From positions 445,517 through 509,516 of the forward strand of contig JBMOPW010000014.1 in NCBI GenBank assembly GCA_049322915.1: a stretch of 64,000 nt of DNA, in the 5' to 3' direction. The notes beneath the pieces are model-generated. The model was not told where the DNA came from. It did no database searches and worked only from the letters and a program-made list of their open reading frames with translations. Numbering within the stretch: position 1 is the first letter of the stretch; each line of letters begins with the position of its first letter. The DNA comes from Candidatus Zhuqueibacterota bacterium (GTDB lineage Bacteria > Zhuqueibacterota > Zhuqueibacteria > Thermofontimicrobiales > Thermofontimicrobiaceae). Both the position numbers and the translations under genes were made by a program. Shown here one piece after another: positions 29,816 to 40,821 of this stretch.

Positions 29816-30328
29816 TTATTTGTTGACCTTTTCGGTGTTGGATAAAGAAATGATCTTCGGATGGAGCGTGTTATCGTCATGAATTCTCAGAAGACCAACT
29901 GTTTGGGGATGATGAAAACGGGGGAATTGACTTGAACCAGGATTGAAATAGAGAACATCATTTGCATGATGAATTATTGGTTGGTGGGTATGGCCAAAGA
30001 TAATGGCATCATAGGCACTGTCTTCTTCCCAATTTGTCCGGCAAAAACGATCCAATTTATGACTTAAAAATTTATGGATTAGTAAAAATTTGAGAGTTCT
30101 AACTGGAATAATCACTTCAGCCTTGTATCGAGAAACAACCGGGAAAGAATCGGAATTGCCATGTACAGCTATAACCGGCGCAATTGCAGCAAGCTCGGTG
30201 ATGACATTCTCGCCTCCTATGTCGCCAGCGTGCCATATCTGGTCCACTCCCTCAAATACCTCAAATACGCGTGGATGAACCATTTCATGAGTGTCTGAAA
30301 TGATGCCAATTTTTATAACACCCCTCAA
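29816..30328 (-). CDS. YfcE-family metallophosphoesterase (start uncertain)
   Basis: ISDTH, HAGD, HGNSD, FGHTH and NPGS motifs. Confidence 0.9.
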   Translation of the reverse strand: MRGVIKIGIISDTHEMVHPRVFEVFEGVDQIWHAGDIGGENVITELAAIAPVIAVHGNSDSFPVVSRYKAEVIIPVRTLKFLLIHKFLSHKLDRFCRTNWEEDSAYDAIIFGHTHQPIIHHANDVLYFNPGSSQFPRFHHPQTVGLLRIHDDNTLHPKIISLSNTEKVNK

Positions 30329-30345
30329 AATGCTAATGCACCCCC

Positions 30346-31095
30346 TCAAATAGTAAACCGCTTTAGTTTTTGGTATCCATTTCGGCTTAAGAAAATCTCC
30401 TTGCCATTCTTCAGGAATAGTTTAAATCGACCATTGGACCAGGCAACGATATCGCGAATCGCATCGATATTGACGATGTAGGATCTGTGCACGCGAATGA
30501 AATGATCGGGATCCAGTCGCTTCTCCAGATGATTCAAAGAGTGCTGAATGAGGTAGGAGTCATTCCTGGTATTTATCTCGGCATAGTCATCCAGCGCTTG
30601 AATCAGATTAATCTCATGCACGGATAAAATCAGAATACGCCCGGATTGTTTTATCAACAGGCGTTCAAGGTATCGCTGACCGGATTGAATCGACTGAAGC
30701 AGACGTTCGATCGCGTCATCTGATTTTTTTTCCGATAGTAAGTTATTGAGAGCCCGTTCCACAGCCAGATTAAATCGCTCATTATCATAGGGTTTTAGCA
30801 GATAATCGATGGCATTTATATCAAAGGCTTTGATTGCATATTGGTCGTAGGCAGTGGAAAAAATAACTCTGGGTTTTTCTGGGAGCATTTCCAGTAACTC
30901 AAATCCATTGATTTCCGGCATCTGAATATCTAAAAAGAGCAATTGGGGCTGCCATTTTTCAAAAGCGCGGAGCGCTTCATGGGCGTCGCGGCATTCCGCA
31001 ATAATTTCGATATTCGGGTGTTGCATTAGAAATTCGCGGATGATGCTGCGGCCCAATTCCTCGTCATCCACAATAATGGCTGAAATTTTCTCCAT
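30346..31095 (-). CDS. LytTR-family response regulator
   Basis: Receiver DD, FLDIQMP and YLLKP; LytTR FIRVHRSYIVN. Confidence 0.95.
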   Translation of the reverse strand: MEKISAIIVDDEELGRSIIREFLMQHPNIEIIAECRDAHEALRAFEKWQPQLLFLDIQMPEINGFELLEMLPEKPRVIFSTAYDQYAIKAFDINAIDYLLKPYDNERFNLAVERALNNLLSEKKSDDAIERLLQSIQSGQRYLERLLIKQSGRILILSVHEINLIQALDDYAEINTRNDSYLIQHSLNHLEKRLDPDHFIRVHRSYIVNIDAIRDIVAWSNGRFKLFLKNGKEIFLSRNGYQKLKRFTI

Positions 31096-31098
31096 GAT

Positions 31099-32163
31099 TC
31101 ATCCAATTGGAAATTTAAAGGATACCGTGAAATAGCTGCTATCGTTTGGACTTGTACTCCATGTATACTTGTCGCCATACATGCGATCTAACCGCTGTTG
31201 GATATTCTTGAGCGAAATGCCATTGCTCGTCTCACGGTTAATACGGTCATCGATTTCATTGCTTACAGTGCCCAGAAGGTAGTCATTGCTTTTTTGAATT
31301 GATAATTCAATTCGGCCTCCTCTTCGACTGTTGGCAATTCCATGTTTCACTGCATTTTCCAATAATGGTTGAAGCAGCATGGCCGGAAACGGCGCGGTTA
31401 ACAATTCAGGGTCGATACGCTCCTCAAATTGCATCTTCTCTCCGAATCGGATTCTTTCGATAGCGATGTATAAATGGACCAGATCTAATTCCTCTTTAAG
31501 CGAAATCATCAGTTTGTCATGACTCTCTAATGATGCCCGGAGCAGCTCAGAGAGCTGAGAGATCATTTTTCGGGCCAGTCCCGGATTTTGTGTAATCAAC
31601 GCATTGATTGAATTCAAGGTGTTGAATAAAAAATGGGGATTCATTTGCAATTTCAAAGCTTTTAATTCAGCGTCGCGGGCTAAAATTTTCAACTCGGCTT
31701 CATTGATTTCTTTCCTTTTAAAATTTTGATAATAAAAAATTGTGTAGAAAATGCCCACCACTAAAAAATATTGCATCATGCCGAATATAAATTGCCATCC
31801 AATTATTCCCCGAATGTCGACCTGTTCAAGCATGACATCGCCGACATTCAGATACCAGAGGCCATAGGCGAGCACCAACCAAAACGCTGTGAATAATCCA
31901 GACAGAGTGAAGTGACTGAGAAAGAATACAACAGGGTGAATTTGTCCATACGGAATTTTTCTGCAAATCAACCAGACGAAAATACTGAGCAGGCCGAAAA
32001 TGTAATTGAAAGTGGCGGAACTAATCAGCGCAATGACAAACGGTATTTCAGTGACCTGAAAGTACATCACGATAGCATAAAAGAAAACCCAGCAGGTCCA
32101 CAAAAAAAATGCCCACCACTTCATTTTTAAATTAATTTTGCTCATACCTATCTGTTCGCTCAT
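31099..32163 (-). CDS. LytS-type sensor histidine kinase
   Basis: N-terminal TM segments, QMNPHFLFNTLN and LQPLLENAVKHG. Confidence 0.93.
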   Translation of the reverse strand: MSEQIGMSKINLKMKWWAFFLWTCWVFFYAIVMYFQVTEIPFVIALISSATFNYIFGLLSIFVWLICRKIPYGQIHPVVFFLSHFTLSGLFTAFWLVLAYGLWYLNVGDVMLEQVDIRGIIGWQFIFGMMQYFLVVGIFYTIFYYQNFKRKEINEAELKILARDAELKALKLQMNPHFLFNTLNSINALITQNPGLARKMISQLSELLRASLESHDKLMISLKEELDLVHLYIAIERIRFGEKMQFEERIDPELLTAPFPAMLLQPLLENAVKHGIANSRRGGRIELSIQKSNDYLLGTVSNEIDDRINRETSNGISLKNIQQRLDRMYGDKYTWSTSPNDSSYFTVSFKFPIG

Positions 32164-32235
32164 TATACGCGCCTCGTTGTATCGAATGAGAATTCTTTCA
32201 ATCAATGTAGTTGACAGCAATGAAAAATTCAAGTC

Positions 32236-33021
32236 TTATTTTTGTGACTCTGCCCGTTTCTTTTGCAGATTGGGAAGCAGGACGCGGCTGACCCATCCGT
32301 AATTGGGATTTTTGGCCAGAGCATTGTTGTAATTTTTTTCTGCGTTTTCGAAATTACCCTGGTCGGCCTGGATAAGTCCCAGCCAGGCAAAGGCTTCATC
32401 ATATCCCCAATCCGGCAAAACAGGGTTGGCTACTTTGAACGAATCAAACAATGCAATTGCTTTTTCAATGTGAGATTTCGCTTTGTCCTTTCCACCACCA
32501 AAGAGTTTGGGTGTGAAATATGCGGATTGACCGGCGATGAGGTTACTTCTCGGATTGGTTGGATCGAGGGATATCGCTTTATTAAAATGGATGCCGGATT
32601 TGGGTCCCAGCGCAACCGCCAGCATCGGCTTGATCCCGATTTTATTGCCATAAAGCGAACTCAATAGGCTATGCGCTTCGGCAAATTGTCCGTTCAATTC
32701 CAGGCATTGTTGCAAATGGTCGATTCCCTCATCCAGAAATTGCAGCGCTTTTTCTTTGCTCTGTTTGCCCATATAAAATGCCACAAGTCGCCAGTCCGAA
32801 AGCCCGATGTAATAATGAATAAGCCATAATGAATCTGAATTGGAGCTTGCCAGCATGCGTTCGAAATACATTCGTGATGCATGTAATTCGCTTTCGGACC
32901 AGGAATTAAATCCCTGTTGCAGAATCTTTTTCCCGTGAATTATCAATGAATCACTGACCTGTCCCCAGGCTGCCTGGTACAGCAACAAGAACATCGCAAA
33001 ATAAAATACTGACTTTTTCAT
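32236..33021 (-). CDS. Exported TPR protein
   Basis: Signal peptide, TPR-like helices and TPKLFGG. Confidence 0.75.
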   Translation of the reverse strand: MKKSVFYFAMFLLLYQAAWGQVSDSLIIHGKKILQQGFNSWSESELHASRMYFERMLASSNSDSLWLIHYYIGLSDWRLVAFYMGKQSKEKALQFLDEGIDHLQQCLELNGQFAEAHSLLSSLYGNKIGIKPMLAVALGPKSGIHFNKAISLDPTNPRSNLIAGQSAYFTPKLFGGGKDKAKSHIEKAIALFDSFKVANPVLPDWGYDEAFAWLGLIQADQGNFENAEKNYNNALAKNPNYGWVSRVLLPNLQKKRAESQK

Positions 33022-33143
33022 GTGTGCCTCCATGTTAATGATTCGACAAATTTCCTAATTTCATTTTGAGCGCTTGATAGATATTAGACGAAAAATCTTA
33101 CCGAGATAGCCCCTTTGTTCGATAGGAATAACTCACTGTTGCT

Positions 33144-35303
33144 TCAATAATTAAATTGAATTCCAAAATACCAGGAGCGTCCGAATGCACTTTCAACCGG
33201 GTCCCGGCGCGTGAAATCTTCGGAGTACCGATAATCGAATATATTGATTCGATCCAGCAGGTTGGAGATGGACAAATAAAACACCGTCATATCAGTCTCA
33301 ACAAAATGATGAATGTAAGTCAGGTTTAAATCAAGCTTTTGATAAGACGGCACGCGCGCTTCATTGTATTTCCCGAAGTCGGGCGTATAGGGTCTCCCTG
33401 TCGCATAGCGGAATCCCATACCCAACGTAAAATTATGGGGCAAATCGACGTTGATCACCGCAGAGAAATTATGCGGAATGTCAAAGTAGGGTGATGCTAA
33501 AACCGGAATATCGTGCCATTCCCTTCGCGCCAGAAGCCAACTGTAGGATATCCAGCCGGAAGCCGGTCCAATAGAATTTTTCAGAAAAATATCGACACCG
33601 GTTGCATAGCCATAGCCATCGTTCGTATAATTCAGCGCGGCGTGATTGAGTAAAAGGTCGTCATATTTTTTATAATAACTTTCGATTCGAAAAATTTTAT
33701 TCTCCTCTTGAAAGGCGTATCCGAGAATGAAGTGCTGCGCGTGCATTGTGCCCAATTGAGGATTGCCCACGTAGGGGTCGAAATATTTCGGTTCCGGGTA
33801 TTGATGAAACCGGCCCCAACTGGCGGACAGATTCGCGTTGGGAGTCAACGAGTACACAGCCGCCACTCTGGGATCGACGAAATACTCGCGGCTGTTCGAT
33901 TCGTATTCAGATCTGAGGCCAGCAGTCATTCGGATGCCGCTCCAGATAAACATTTCCATTTCACAAAAATATGCAAGGCGATTGGAGCGATAGTCGGTGT
34001 CCACGTTGTAAAATGGGGCATTGGGATTAGGGTCGGATTCGATTTCCGGCACGGCGCCGAATATATCGGTTAAATGGTGGTAAAATTCCAGCCCGGCAGT
34101 CAGCTTGACATTGGAGTGGATATCTCCTTCGCAAATCAACTTTGATTGATAGAGCCGATCGGAGATGTCCAGATTCATGACACCCAACGCGGCACTCTGT
34201 TCGAAACGATTGAGTGCGGCTATGTACTGCACAAAAATCCGATTATAGTAAACAGTAGAGTAGCGCAGGTTGAATAGGCTATTGCCGCTGTTCCCGTAGA
34301 AATGCGTGGAATAGTCGGGATGATCGACTTCCAGGCCAATCCTGTCTTTTTCATGAAATACAAATAATTTCAATTGCCCTGTATTTTTTAATTTGTAAAT
34401 CAAATTGAAGTTCATATCATAAGAAAAAGGGTAATGCGAGAAATTTTTCGACGCGTTATTGAACTCGAATAGCATCTTCGTATTGCTCCGATTCCCGGAA
34501 AACGAAAATCCAAGCCTGTCACTTACGACCGGGACGGAAAGGTAGGCGGACTCAGCAGCAAGGCCAATCCCAATTCCCATCCGTCGTTGTGTCGGCATGT
34601 CGTGGCTTTCCATTGATAGCGCACCTGATAACGCATTTCCAAATCGCGCAGAGAATCCACCGCTTGAAAAAAATGTGCCTTTCAGTAAAAACGGGCTGAA
34701 CGTTCCGAAAAATCCACCAGTCGGAGACTCATATTTATACGGATGATTTATGATCGCGCCGTCGAGCTGGAACAGGGTCTCCGATACATCTCCCCCGCGA
34801 ACAAAAAGTCCGGCCCCCTCATCCACTTGCTGGAGGCCGGGAAAGGATTTGATCGCCCAGAATAGATCGGCTGCGGCGCCGGGAGTACGAACTACATCCA
34901 TTGCTGTAAGAGTCACTCCCTCCTCATCGGCTGCTGTGAATGCACTGGCGGTGATCATCACTTCGTTGCCATTAATTTGAATTTGCTGCAGCACGATATT
35001 AAATGATATTTCCTTGCCTGGCAGGAGTTCCACTTCCCTGTCAAAATGGGCGTACCCGATAAATGAACAGATCAGACTGTGTTTGCCGGACAATCTGGTT
35101 TCAAAGCGAAATCGCCCGGTTTCATCCGAACTGGAGCCATCCATGGTGCCCGAGATGAAGATGTTGGCGTAGGTCAATGGCGCCCCTGTTTCATCAGTGA
35201 CAGTGCCATGCAGCCAGCATGTTTTTTCCTGTAACTGAGCTGTAAGCGCATTTACACCTATCAGGATAAGCGCGCCAACTATCCATACTTTAATTATTTT
35301 CAT
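33144..35303 (-). CDS. TonB-dependent receptor
   Basis: Signal peptide, carboxypeptidase-regulatory-like N-domain, plug VRGG and GGFSARFGNALSG, aromatic C-terminal strand. Confidence 0.9.
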   Translation of the reverse strand: MKIIKVWIVGALILIGVNALTAQLQEKTCWLHGTVTDETGAPLTYANIFISGTMDGSSSDETGRFRFETRLSGKHSLICSFIGYAHFDREVELLPGKEISFNIVLQQIQINGNEVMITASAFTAADEEGVTLTAMDVVRTPGAAADLFWAIKSFPGLQQVDEGAGLFVRGGDVSETLFQLDGAIINHPYKYESPTGGFFGTFSPFLLKGTFFSSGGFSARFGNALSGALSMESHDMPTQRRMGIGIGLAAESAYLSVPVVSDRLGFSFSGNRSNTKMLFEFNNASKNFSHYPFSYDMNFNLIYKLKNTGQLKLFVFHEKDRIGLEVDHPDYSTHFYGNSGNSLFNLRYSTVYYNRIFVQYIAALNRFEQSAALGVMNLDISDRLYQSKLICEGDIHSNVKLTAGLEFYHHLTDIFGAVPEIESDPNPNAPFYNVDTDYRSNRLAYFCEMEMFIWSGIRMTAGLRSEYESNSREYFVDPRVAAVYSLTPNANLSASWGRFHQYPEPKYFDPYVGNPQLGTMHAQHFILGYAFQEENKIFRIESYYKKYDDLLLNHAALNYTNDGYGYATGVDIFLKNSIGPASGWISYSWLLARREWHDIPVLASPYFDIPHNFSAVINVDLPHNFTLGMGFRYATGRPYTPDFGKYNEARVPSYQKLDLNLTYIHHFVETDMTVFYLSISNLLDRINIFDYRYSEDFTRRDPVESAFGRSWYFGIQFNY

Positions 35304-35392
35304 GATTGATACCCTCGACTGATAATTTATTAATTAAGGAAACCTTTGTCGCACTCAAAATACTGAAGAAGCCCGAGGTAATCAATGTTTAA

Positions 35393-35535
35393 TCCTTGAA
35401 AGCCGAAATGACTCGGTGAACTAACAAAAATTGCCGATGAAATTGGATAACGATCAGGCTACCGGTTAAATGTTAGCAACAATGAAAAATATTGGAAGAT
35501 GGTTGTAAGGGAATCATCGATTTGTCCGATGAAAT
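35393..35535 (-). promoter_or_regulatory. Candidate LytTR binding direct repeats
   Basis: TCGGTGAACT (35413) and CCGATGAAAT (35434) are 21 bp apart; a second CCGATGAAAT lies at 35526. Confidence 0.5.
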
Positions 35536-35840
35536 AAGACAGGGTCTACACACGTGAGCTATCGCCCGATTCCCAACGTGCTTTTTGGCGGTAACCCGGC
35601 TGTCGCAATGATATGACACATGTTTGAACAATGTGAAATTCTATAATTCATTAATTATTAGTTAGTAGGATATAAAAATAGTAAGTAAGTGCTCAAATAA
35701 ATAGACAGTAATCACAATTAGCCAACTATTATCACTGAAATTAAACAATATTCATATCAGGTTAAAAATGCATTCCGCTGTTTTATCATCACTTAAATCG
35801 TTATGAAAATATAATGCGAATTCCAGGCGGATCGCAGCGA

Positions 35841-35855
35841 TGGCATTTGCTTTGC
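35841..35855 (+). promoter_or_regulatory. Candidate sigma54 promoter
   Basis: TGGCAT-N5-TTGC about 100 bp upstream of the ORF at 35954. Confidence 0.5.
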
Positions 35856-35953
35856 GATAAGAAAAATGTATTTGCGATGATGTTACATTATGAAAATATA
35901 CGTGTTGATAGAAAGTAATAACTTTCGAATTTTAATGAATAGTGAGGTGTCGC

Positions 35954-36574
35954 ATGAGAAATGTACTTAAAGCTTTCGTGTTGATGGGTGTTCTCAGTAT
36001 GTGTTACAATAGCCTTCAGGCTACAGATTTAAAAAATAAGCCGTCGCGCCCAACAATTAATCAGAATAACCAGTTGCTCAACGCGCTGATCAAGACGATA
36101 AAAGAAGAAGGCTACGTGCTTTTGAATTTGCATCGTGATAATTATACTCTGGTCATCCCGACATCCAGCAATTTTTCCAGTGTGCTGCAAAATCTGGAGG
36201 GTGAGCATTTTTTAAGTGAAGACCAATTAGAAGATTTCTCCCTGCTCTGGAACAAAACAAAAGAGAACGGCGGCATTGGCGTCCTGGAGCATAACAAAAT
36301 ACAGAAATTGGGGCAGGAAATTGCGCGTACCAATCCCGAAAACTACAATACGCCCCGCGCACTAACCATGCCACAGCCAAAAGATCAGACATTCTTGTTT
36401 CTGGAACAACGGGCGCAGATGCTGAAGGAAATTGTGGAATACCATAAAGCCATTAAACAAGCGCAATTGGAGCTGGAAGAATTGATGAAGGAGCGCGAGG
36501 AAATTCAAAAAAGGCTTTTAGTTTTGAAGAAATTGCTGGCTACGAACGGGGGGAGAACCTTATCATCAAAATAA
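35954..36574 (+). CDS. Hypothetical exported protein with a C-terminal coiled coil
   Basis: GAGGTG RBS, signal-like N-terminus, heptad-rich C-terminus. Confidence 0.65.
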   Translation: MRNVLKAFVLMGVLSMCYNSLQATDLKNKPSRPTINQNNQLLNALIKTIKEEGYVLLNLHRDNYTLVIPTSSNFSSVLQNLEGEHFLSEDQLEDFSLLWNKTKENGGIGVLEHNKIQKLGQEIARTNPENYNTPRALTMPQPKDQTFLFLEQRAQMLKEIVEYHKAIKQAQLELEELMKEREEIQKRLLVLKKLLATNGGRTLSSK

Positions 36575-36583
36575 GGCGAAGGT

Positions 36584-36922
36584 ATGAAACGAAAGGTGAG
36601 GACAGAGGGGGTGTTGCAAAGCAATAGCAAGCTTGATTTTAAGCGCGAGGTGGTTAAGGACATTTTATACCAGATCGATTATCAGGCGGCGCTGCGTCGA
36701 AAAGTGATCGACATACCGGAAAAGAATATGATCGATCAACTCATGATGCTGCCGACAAATGTGCTGCTGTCATGGTACAACGCGTATCTCTATTTTCGAC
36801 AGGAGACGATGTTCAGCGGTTACGAGATGAATGGGCTGAAAGTACTGGATCAACCGTACGATGCCATCCGTAAAAAGATGGAGAATGATCCTGATTTTGA
36901 CTTGCACAAATATATCCTTTAG
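36584..36922 (+). CDS. Hypothetical protein
   Basis: 112-aa ORF 9 bp after the previous gene, with GAAGG RBS. Confidence 0.6.
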   Translation: MKRKVRTEGVLQSNSKLDFKREVVKDILYQIDYQAALRRKVIDIPEKNMIDQLMMLPTNVLLSWYNAYLYFRQETMFSGYEMNGLKVLDQPYDAIRKKMENDPDFDLHKYIL

Positions 36923-38163
36923 CGGTTGTTTTGATTGACGTTTGAAGAAAGGAATTTTTGAATCACTGTAAATCCCAGAGCGCCGACCATCCCAATTCCG
37001 GACAATACTCCCCACAAAATCAAAGGTTGTCTGAGGAAGTGATCGGCCAGAATCCCACCGTAAAAGGGCCCGATGCTTCGTCCCACACTCTGGAATAAGC
37101 CATAAACGCCGAGGTAGGTAGCTTTGAGCGGCTCGGGCGCGATGTTGGACACGAGGGTCGCGCCGGCCGGAATGAAAAATATTTCGCCAAATGTCAAAAG
37201 AATTATTGCGACGGCCAACCACCAAAAATTAACGCTGATCGCAACCACAAGGTAGCTCGCTGCTGCGAACATTGCGCCGATGGACTGCGCCCGCGTCAGA
37301 GTCATCCGTTTTATTTTTCGAATGCCATAAATCTGAAACAGGAGAATCACCCCTCCGTTGATGGTGTACAGATAGCCCAGTTGGATTTTTGAAATGTTCA
37401 ACACTTCAATGCTGAACACGGAGAGAGTTGTCACAATTTGGGTGAGGATTGAGAAAATTATCATGGAGAGCAATCCGAATATGATGAACGTTCTGTGAGT
37501 CACAATCTTTCTCAGGTCACGGATATTGAATTGGGATTGAGATGACAGGTTTTTGGAATCCGGCATATAGTAATAAATGATGATCACGGCAATCACGAAA
37601 AAAAGGCCGGAGAGGAAGAATATCAGGGAGTAGGATACTGAGGCTAAATATCCGCCCAGTGCAGGACCAATGGCCCAGCCGAGATTGAAACCCATACGTT
37701 GCAGCCCATATGCTTCGATCCTGTCCTTCGGCAAAACGAGATCCGAGACCAACGCATCTGCGGCGGGCATGAACATGGAACCGAAACCATAGGCGAGAAA
37801 GATTGCCAGACCTATGACGTAAATGGGTAAATGGGCAAGAACAGCAACGGCCAGAAGGAAAAGCGCGAAAGTGCGTCCGACCCCTGCAAACAACATCACG
37901 CGCCGGCGATTGTATTTATCGGCGGAAGTACCTCCCACCAATTGCATCACCGACCGAACAACAGCCACGCCTAAAAAAATCGATCCAATCAATGTCATGG
38001 AAACATGCTGTTCCGCATGAAGATAGATACTGATAAAGGGAAGTATAATGGAGAACCCAATGGAATTAACCATCCGGATGATCAGTAGCAGCCACAATCG
38101 ACGGTCATAATAATGATATTTGGCGAGTACCCGTCTCCAGTTCCTGTGTAGTTGTTCCTGCAT
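36919..38163 (-). CDS. MFS transporter
   Basis: 12 TM pattern, GGTSADKYNRR motif A and NLGWAIGPALGG. Confidence 0.92.
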   Translation of the reverse strand: MQEQLHRNWRRVLAKYHYYDRRLWLLLIIRMVNSIGFSIILPFISIYLHAEQHVSMTLIGSIFLGVAVVRSVMQLVGGTSADKYNRRRVMLFAGVGRTFALFLLAVAVLAHLPIYVIGLAIFLAYGFGSMFMPAADALVSDLVLPKDRIEAYGLQRMGFNLGWAIGPALGGYLASVSYSLIFFLSGLFFVIAVIIIYYYMPDSKNLSSQSQFNIRDLRKIVTHRTFIIFGLLSMIIFSILTQIVTTLSVFSIEVLNISKIQLGYLYTINGGVILLFQIYGIRKIKRMTLTRAQSIGAMFAAASYLVVAISVNFWWLAVAIILLTFGEIFFIPAGATLVSNIAPEPLKATYLGVYGLFQSVGRSIGPFYGGILADHFLRQPLILWGVLSGIGMVGALGFTVIQKFLSSNVNQNNR

Positions 38164-38170
38164 CGTTGTC

Positions 38171-38824
38171 TTAAATTTGGCTCAAGTTGGGAAAGAGCTC
38201 CAGTTGGGTCTCGTATAGCCCAATTTCCCGGACAATTTCAGTCAACCGATAATTATCCTTCTCAATATCGAGATCATCCGTATTCACAATGAGGATGCGA
38301 TGGCTTCGGGCGTAGCGCTTCGCCCACGCTTCGTAGGCGATGTTTAACTGGGCTAAATATTCTTTGTCGATGTCCCGCTCATAGTCGCGCCCACGTTTTC
38401 GGATTCGGCTGATCAATGTCCAGATGGATGCACGCAAGTAAATGATCAAATCAGGATAGCGCAATGATTTGAGAATTGTCTCGTACAGGTCATTGTAGCT
38501 GAGATAGTCTTTTTCAGACATTATTTTCTTGTCGTAGAGATTGGTGGCAAAAATTTCAGCGTCTTCAAAAATGGATCGGTCCTGAATACAGGTGGAAGAG
38601 GATTCCTGAATCTCCAGATGTGCTTTGAACCGCTGGGTGAGAAAAAAAATCTGAGAATGAAAGCTCCAGCGTTGCATGTCGTGATAGAAATCCGGCAGGT
38701 AAGGATTTTCCACGACTTTCTCGAAGAAAGGCCGCCAATTAAATTGTTCGCTTAGCAATTGTGTCCAGGTTGTTTTGCCAACCCCGATGTTACCAGCCAG
38801 AGCAAAAAAATAATTCTTTCTCAA
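38171..38824 (-). CDS. Deoxynucleoside kinase
   Basis: GNIGVGKTT, DRSIFED and RIRKRGRDYE. Confidence 0.93.
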   Translation of the reverse strand: MRKNYFFALAGNIGVGKTTWTQLLSEQFNWRPFFEKVVENPYLPDFYHDMQRWSFHSQIFFLTQRFKAHLEIQESSSTCIQDRSIFEDAEIFATNLYDKKIMSEKDYLSYNDLYETILKSLRYPDLIIYLRASIWTLISRIRKRGRDYERDIDKEYLAQLNIAYEAWAKRYARSHRILIVNTDDLDIEKDNYRLTEIVREIGLYETQLELFPNLSQI

Positions 38825-39021
38825 AAGTCAATTCCCATGATTGATTACGATGGAACAACAACTGTCACACATGAGCTTGATTAATTGTTGTCAGGCATGA
38901 CCCGCATAATCCCGGGCCTTGAGGAATACATGGGCAAGTCGTTTCGTGTGCAGCAGATTCGCCCGGCGTTACAGCATTCGATGATGAATTCGAAACATGC
39001 CCGTTGAAACCCGCTCTGTCG

Positions 39022-40671
39022 CTATGTCAGGAAAGTGATTTTTCCATCCTTCTGAACGACCACCGTATCTTTCAACCATCGCGAGTCGTTTATTTTTGGA
39101 AAGTCAGTGGTATAATGCAGTCCCCGACTTTCTTTTCGGAAGGCCGCGCAGTAGATAATCAGTTTTGCGACGAGCACCAGGTTTCGCAGTTCAACGAGCG
39201 TCGGGGTGATTTTGGTTTTCTTGAAAAACGTCTCAATTTCCCGGGAAATCAAATTGATTCGCCGGCGCGCCCGCTTCAGACGAAGATTGGATCGAACAAT
39301 GCCGACATAATCCCACATGAGGCTCTGCACTTCTTCTTTATCATGCGAAATGAGGATCCATTCTTCGTGATTGAATGTTCCTTCGTCGTTCCACTGGGGA
39401 ATTTCAGGGAACGGATCGGCTTTCTCACGATGATAATTCTTTAATATGTCATCGTACACCTGATGGGCAAAGACCAGGGCCTCCAGTAGCGAATTCGAAG
39501 CCAGGCGGTTAGCGCCATGAACGCCGGTGCAGGCCACTTCGCCGCAGGCGTAGAGATTTTGAATAGTGGTTCTGCCGGCGAGATCGGTCACCACGCCACC
39601 GCACATGTAGTGGGCTGCCGGCACCACAGGGATGGGCTGCGACGTGATGTCGATGTTGTATTGCAAGCAATTCTCGTAAATGTTCGGGAATCGATTTTTA
39701 ATTTCCGCACTATCCTTGTGCGTCACATCCAGATAGACGAACTCTTCACCGCGCTTTTTCAACTCGGCGTCGATCGCGCGAGCGACAATATCCCTCGGCG
39801 CCAGTTCAGCCAGCGGGTGATATTTATGCATGAAGAGCGAACCATCCTGGGTTTTCAATTTACCCCCGAATCCACGGACCGCTTCGGAGATGAGAAATGA
39901 ATTTGCCGATGGATGAAACAACGTGGTTGGATGAAATTGCATGAATTCGAGATTGGCGATCTGAGCGCCCGCGCGATAGGCCATAGCCAAACCATCTCCG
40001 GTGGCGATTTGCGGATTAGTGGTATGCAGATAAATCTGTCCGCATCCGCCAGTCGCCAAAACGGTCGCCCGCGCCAGATAGGGCGATATCAGATTGGTGT
40101 TCTCATCAAATACATAGGCGCCCCAGCAATGAAGTGGAGAATCGCTCTGTCGCTTGCCGACGCCCAGATGATGCTCGGTAATCAGATCAATGGCAATATG
40201 CTGCTCACAAATTTTGATATTTGGGTGCTGCTTGATGGCCTCCAGCAGCGACTGTTCAACGATTTTCCCGGTCAAATCCCTGGCGTGGACAATACGGTCC
40301 CGACTATGACCGCCTTCCCGACCAAGATCCAGTTCGTTTTTCATCGCAGGGTGACGCAGCGAAAATTGAACACCCCATTCGATAAGTTCCTGCACCCGAG
40401 CCGGGCCTGTGGTAATTAGCAAATCCACAGCGTCCGAATGACACAAGCCGGCGCCGGCTTTGAGCGTGTCCTCGACGTGAAGTTGAAAGGAATCATCCTT
40501 GGCAAATACAGCGGCAACACCGCCCTGGGCGTAATTGGTGTTGGACTCGGCTTTTTCCTTCTTCGTGATAATGGCAACGCTGCCGTGCCTGGCGGCTTTC
40601 AATGCAAATGACAGCCCTGCAATGCCGCTGCCAATGACTAAGAAATCAACTGGTTGAATCATATCGCTCAA
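39022..40671 (-). CDS. nadB: L-aspartate oxidase
   Basis: GSGIAG, YAQGG, EGGHS, QFHPT, HYMCGG, HGANRLASNSLLE and ESRGLH. Confidence 0.96.
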   Translation of the reverse strand: MSDMIQPVDFLVIGSGIAGLSFALKAARHGSVAIITKKEKAESNTNYAQGGVAAVFAKDDSFQLHVEDTLKAGAGLCHSDAVDLLITTGPARVQELIEWGVQFSLRHPAMKNELDLGREGGHSRDRIVHARDLTGKIVEQSLLEAIKQHPNIKICEQHIAIDLITEHHLGVGKRQSDSPLHCWGAYVFDENTNLISPYLARATVLATGGCGQIYLHTTNPQIATGDGLAMAYRAGAQIANLEFMQFHPTTLFHPSANSFLISEAVRGFGGKLKTQDGSLFMHKYHPLAELAPRDIVARAIDAELKKRGEEFVYLDVTHKDSAEIKNRFPNIYENCLQYNIDITSQPIPVVPAAHYMCGGVVTDLAGRTTIQNLYACGEVACTGVHGANRLASNSLLEALVFAHQVYDDILKNYHREKADPFPEIPQWNDEGTFNHEEWILISHDKEEVQSLMWDYVGIVRSNLRLKRARRRINLISREIETFFKKTKITPTLVELRNLVLVAKLIIYCAAFRKESRGLHYTTDFPKINDSRWLKDTVVVQKDGKITFLT

Positions 40672-40821
40672 TCAATGGTCATTAGTTAAGAAAGCCCAAA
40701 TTATGAATGAGATTCGAGAATTTCCGGCATCGATAAATCGGGCAATTGGGTGCTGACTAAAACTGGGAGAGCATGAAGCCACGTATTGCATCTAAAGCAG
40801 GTCCGCTGATACCAACATAAT

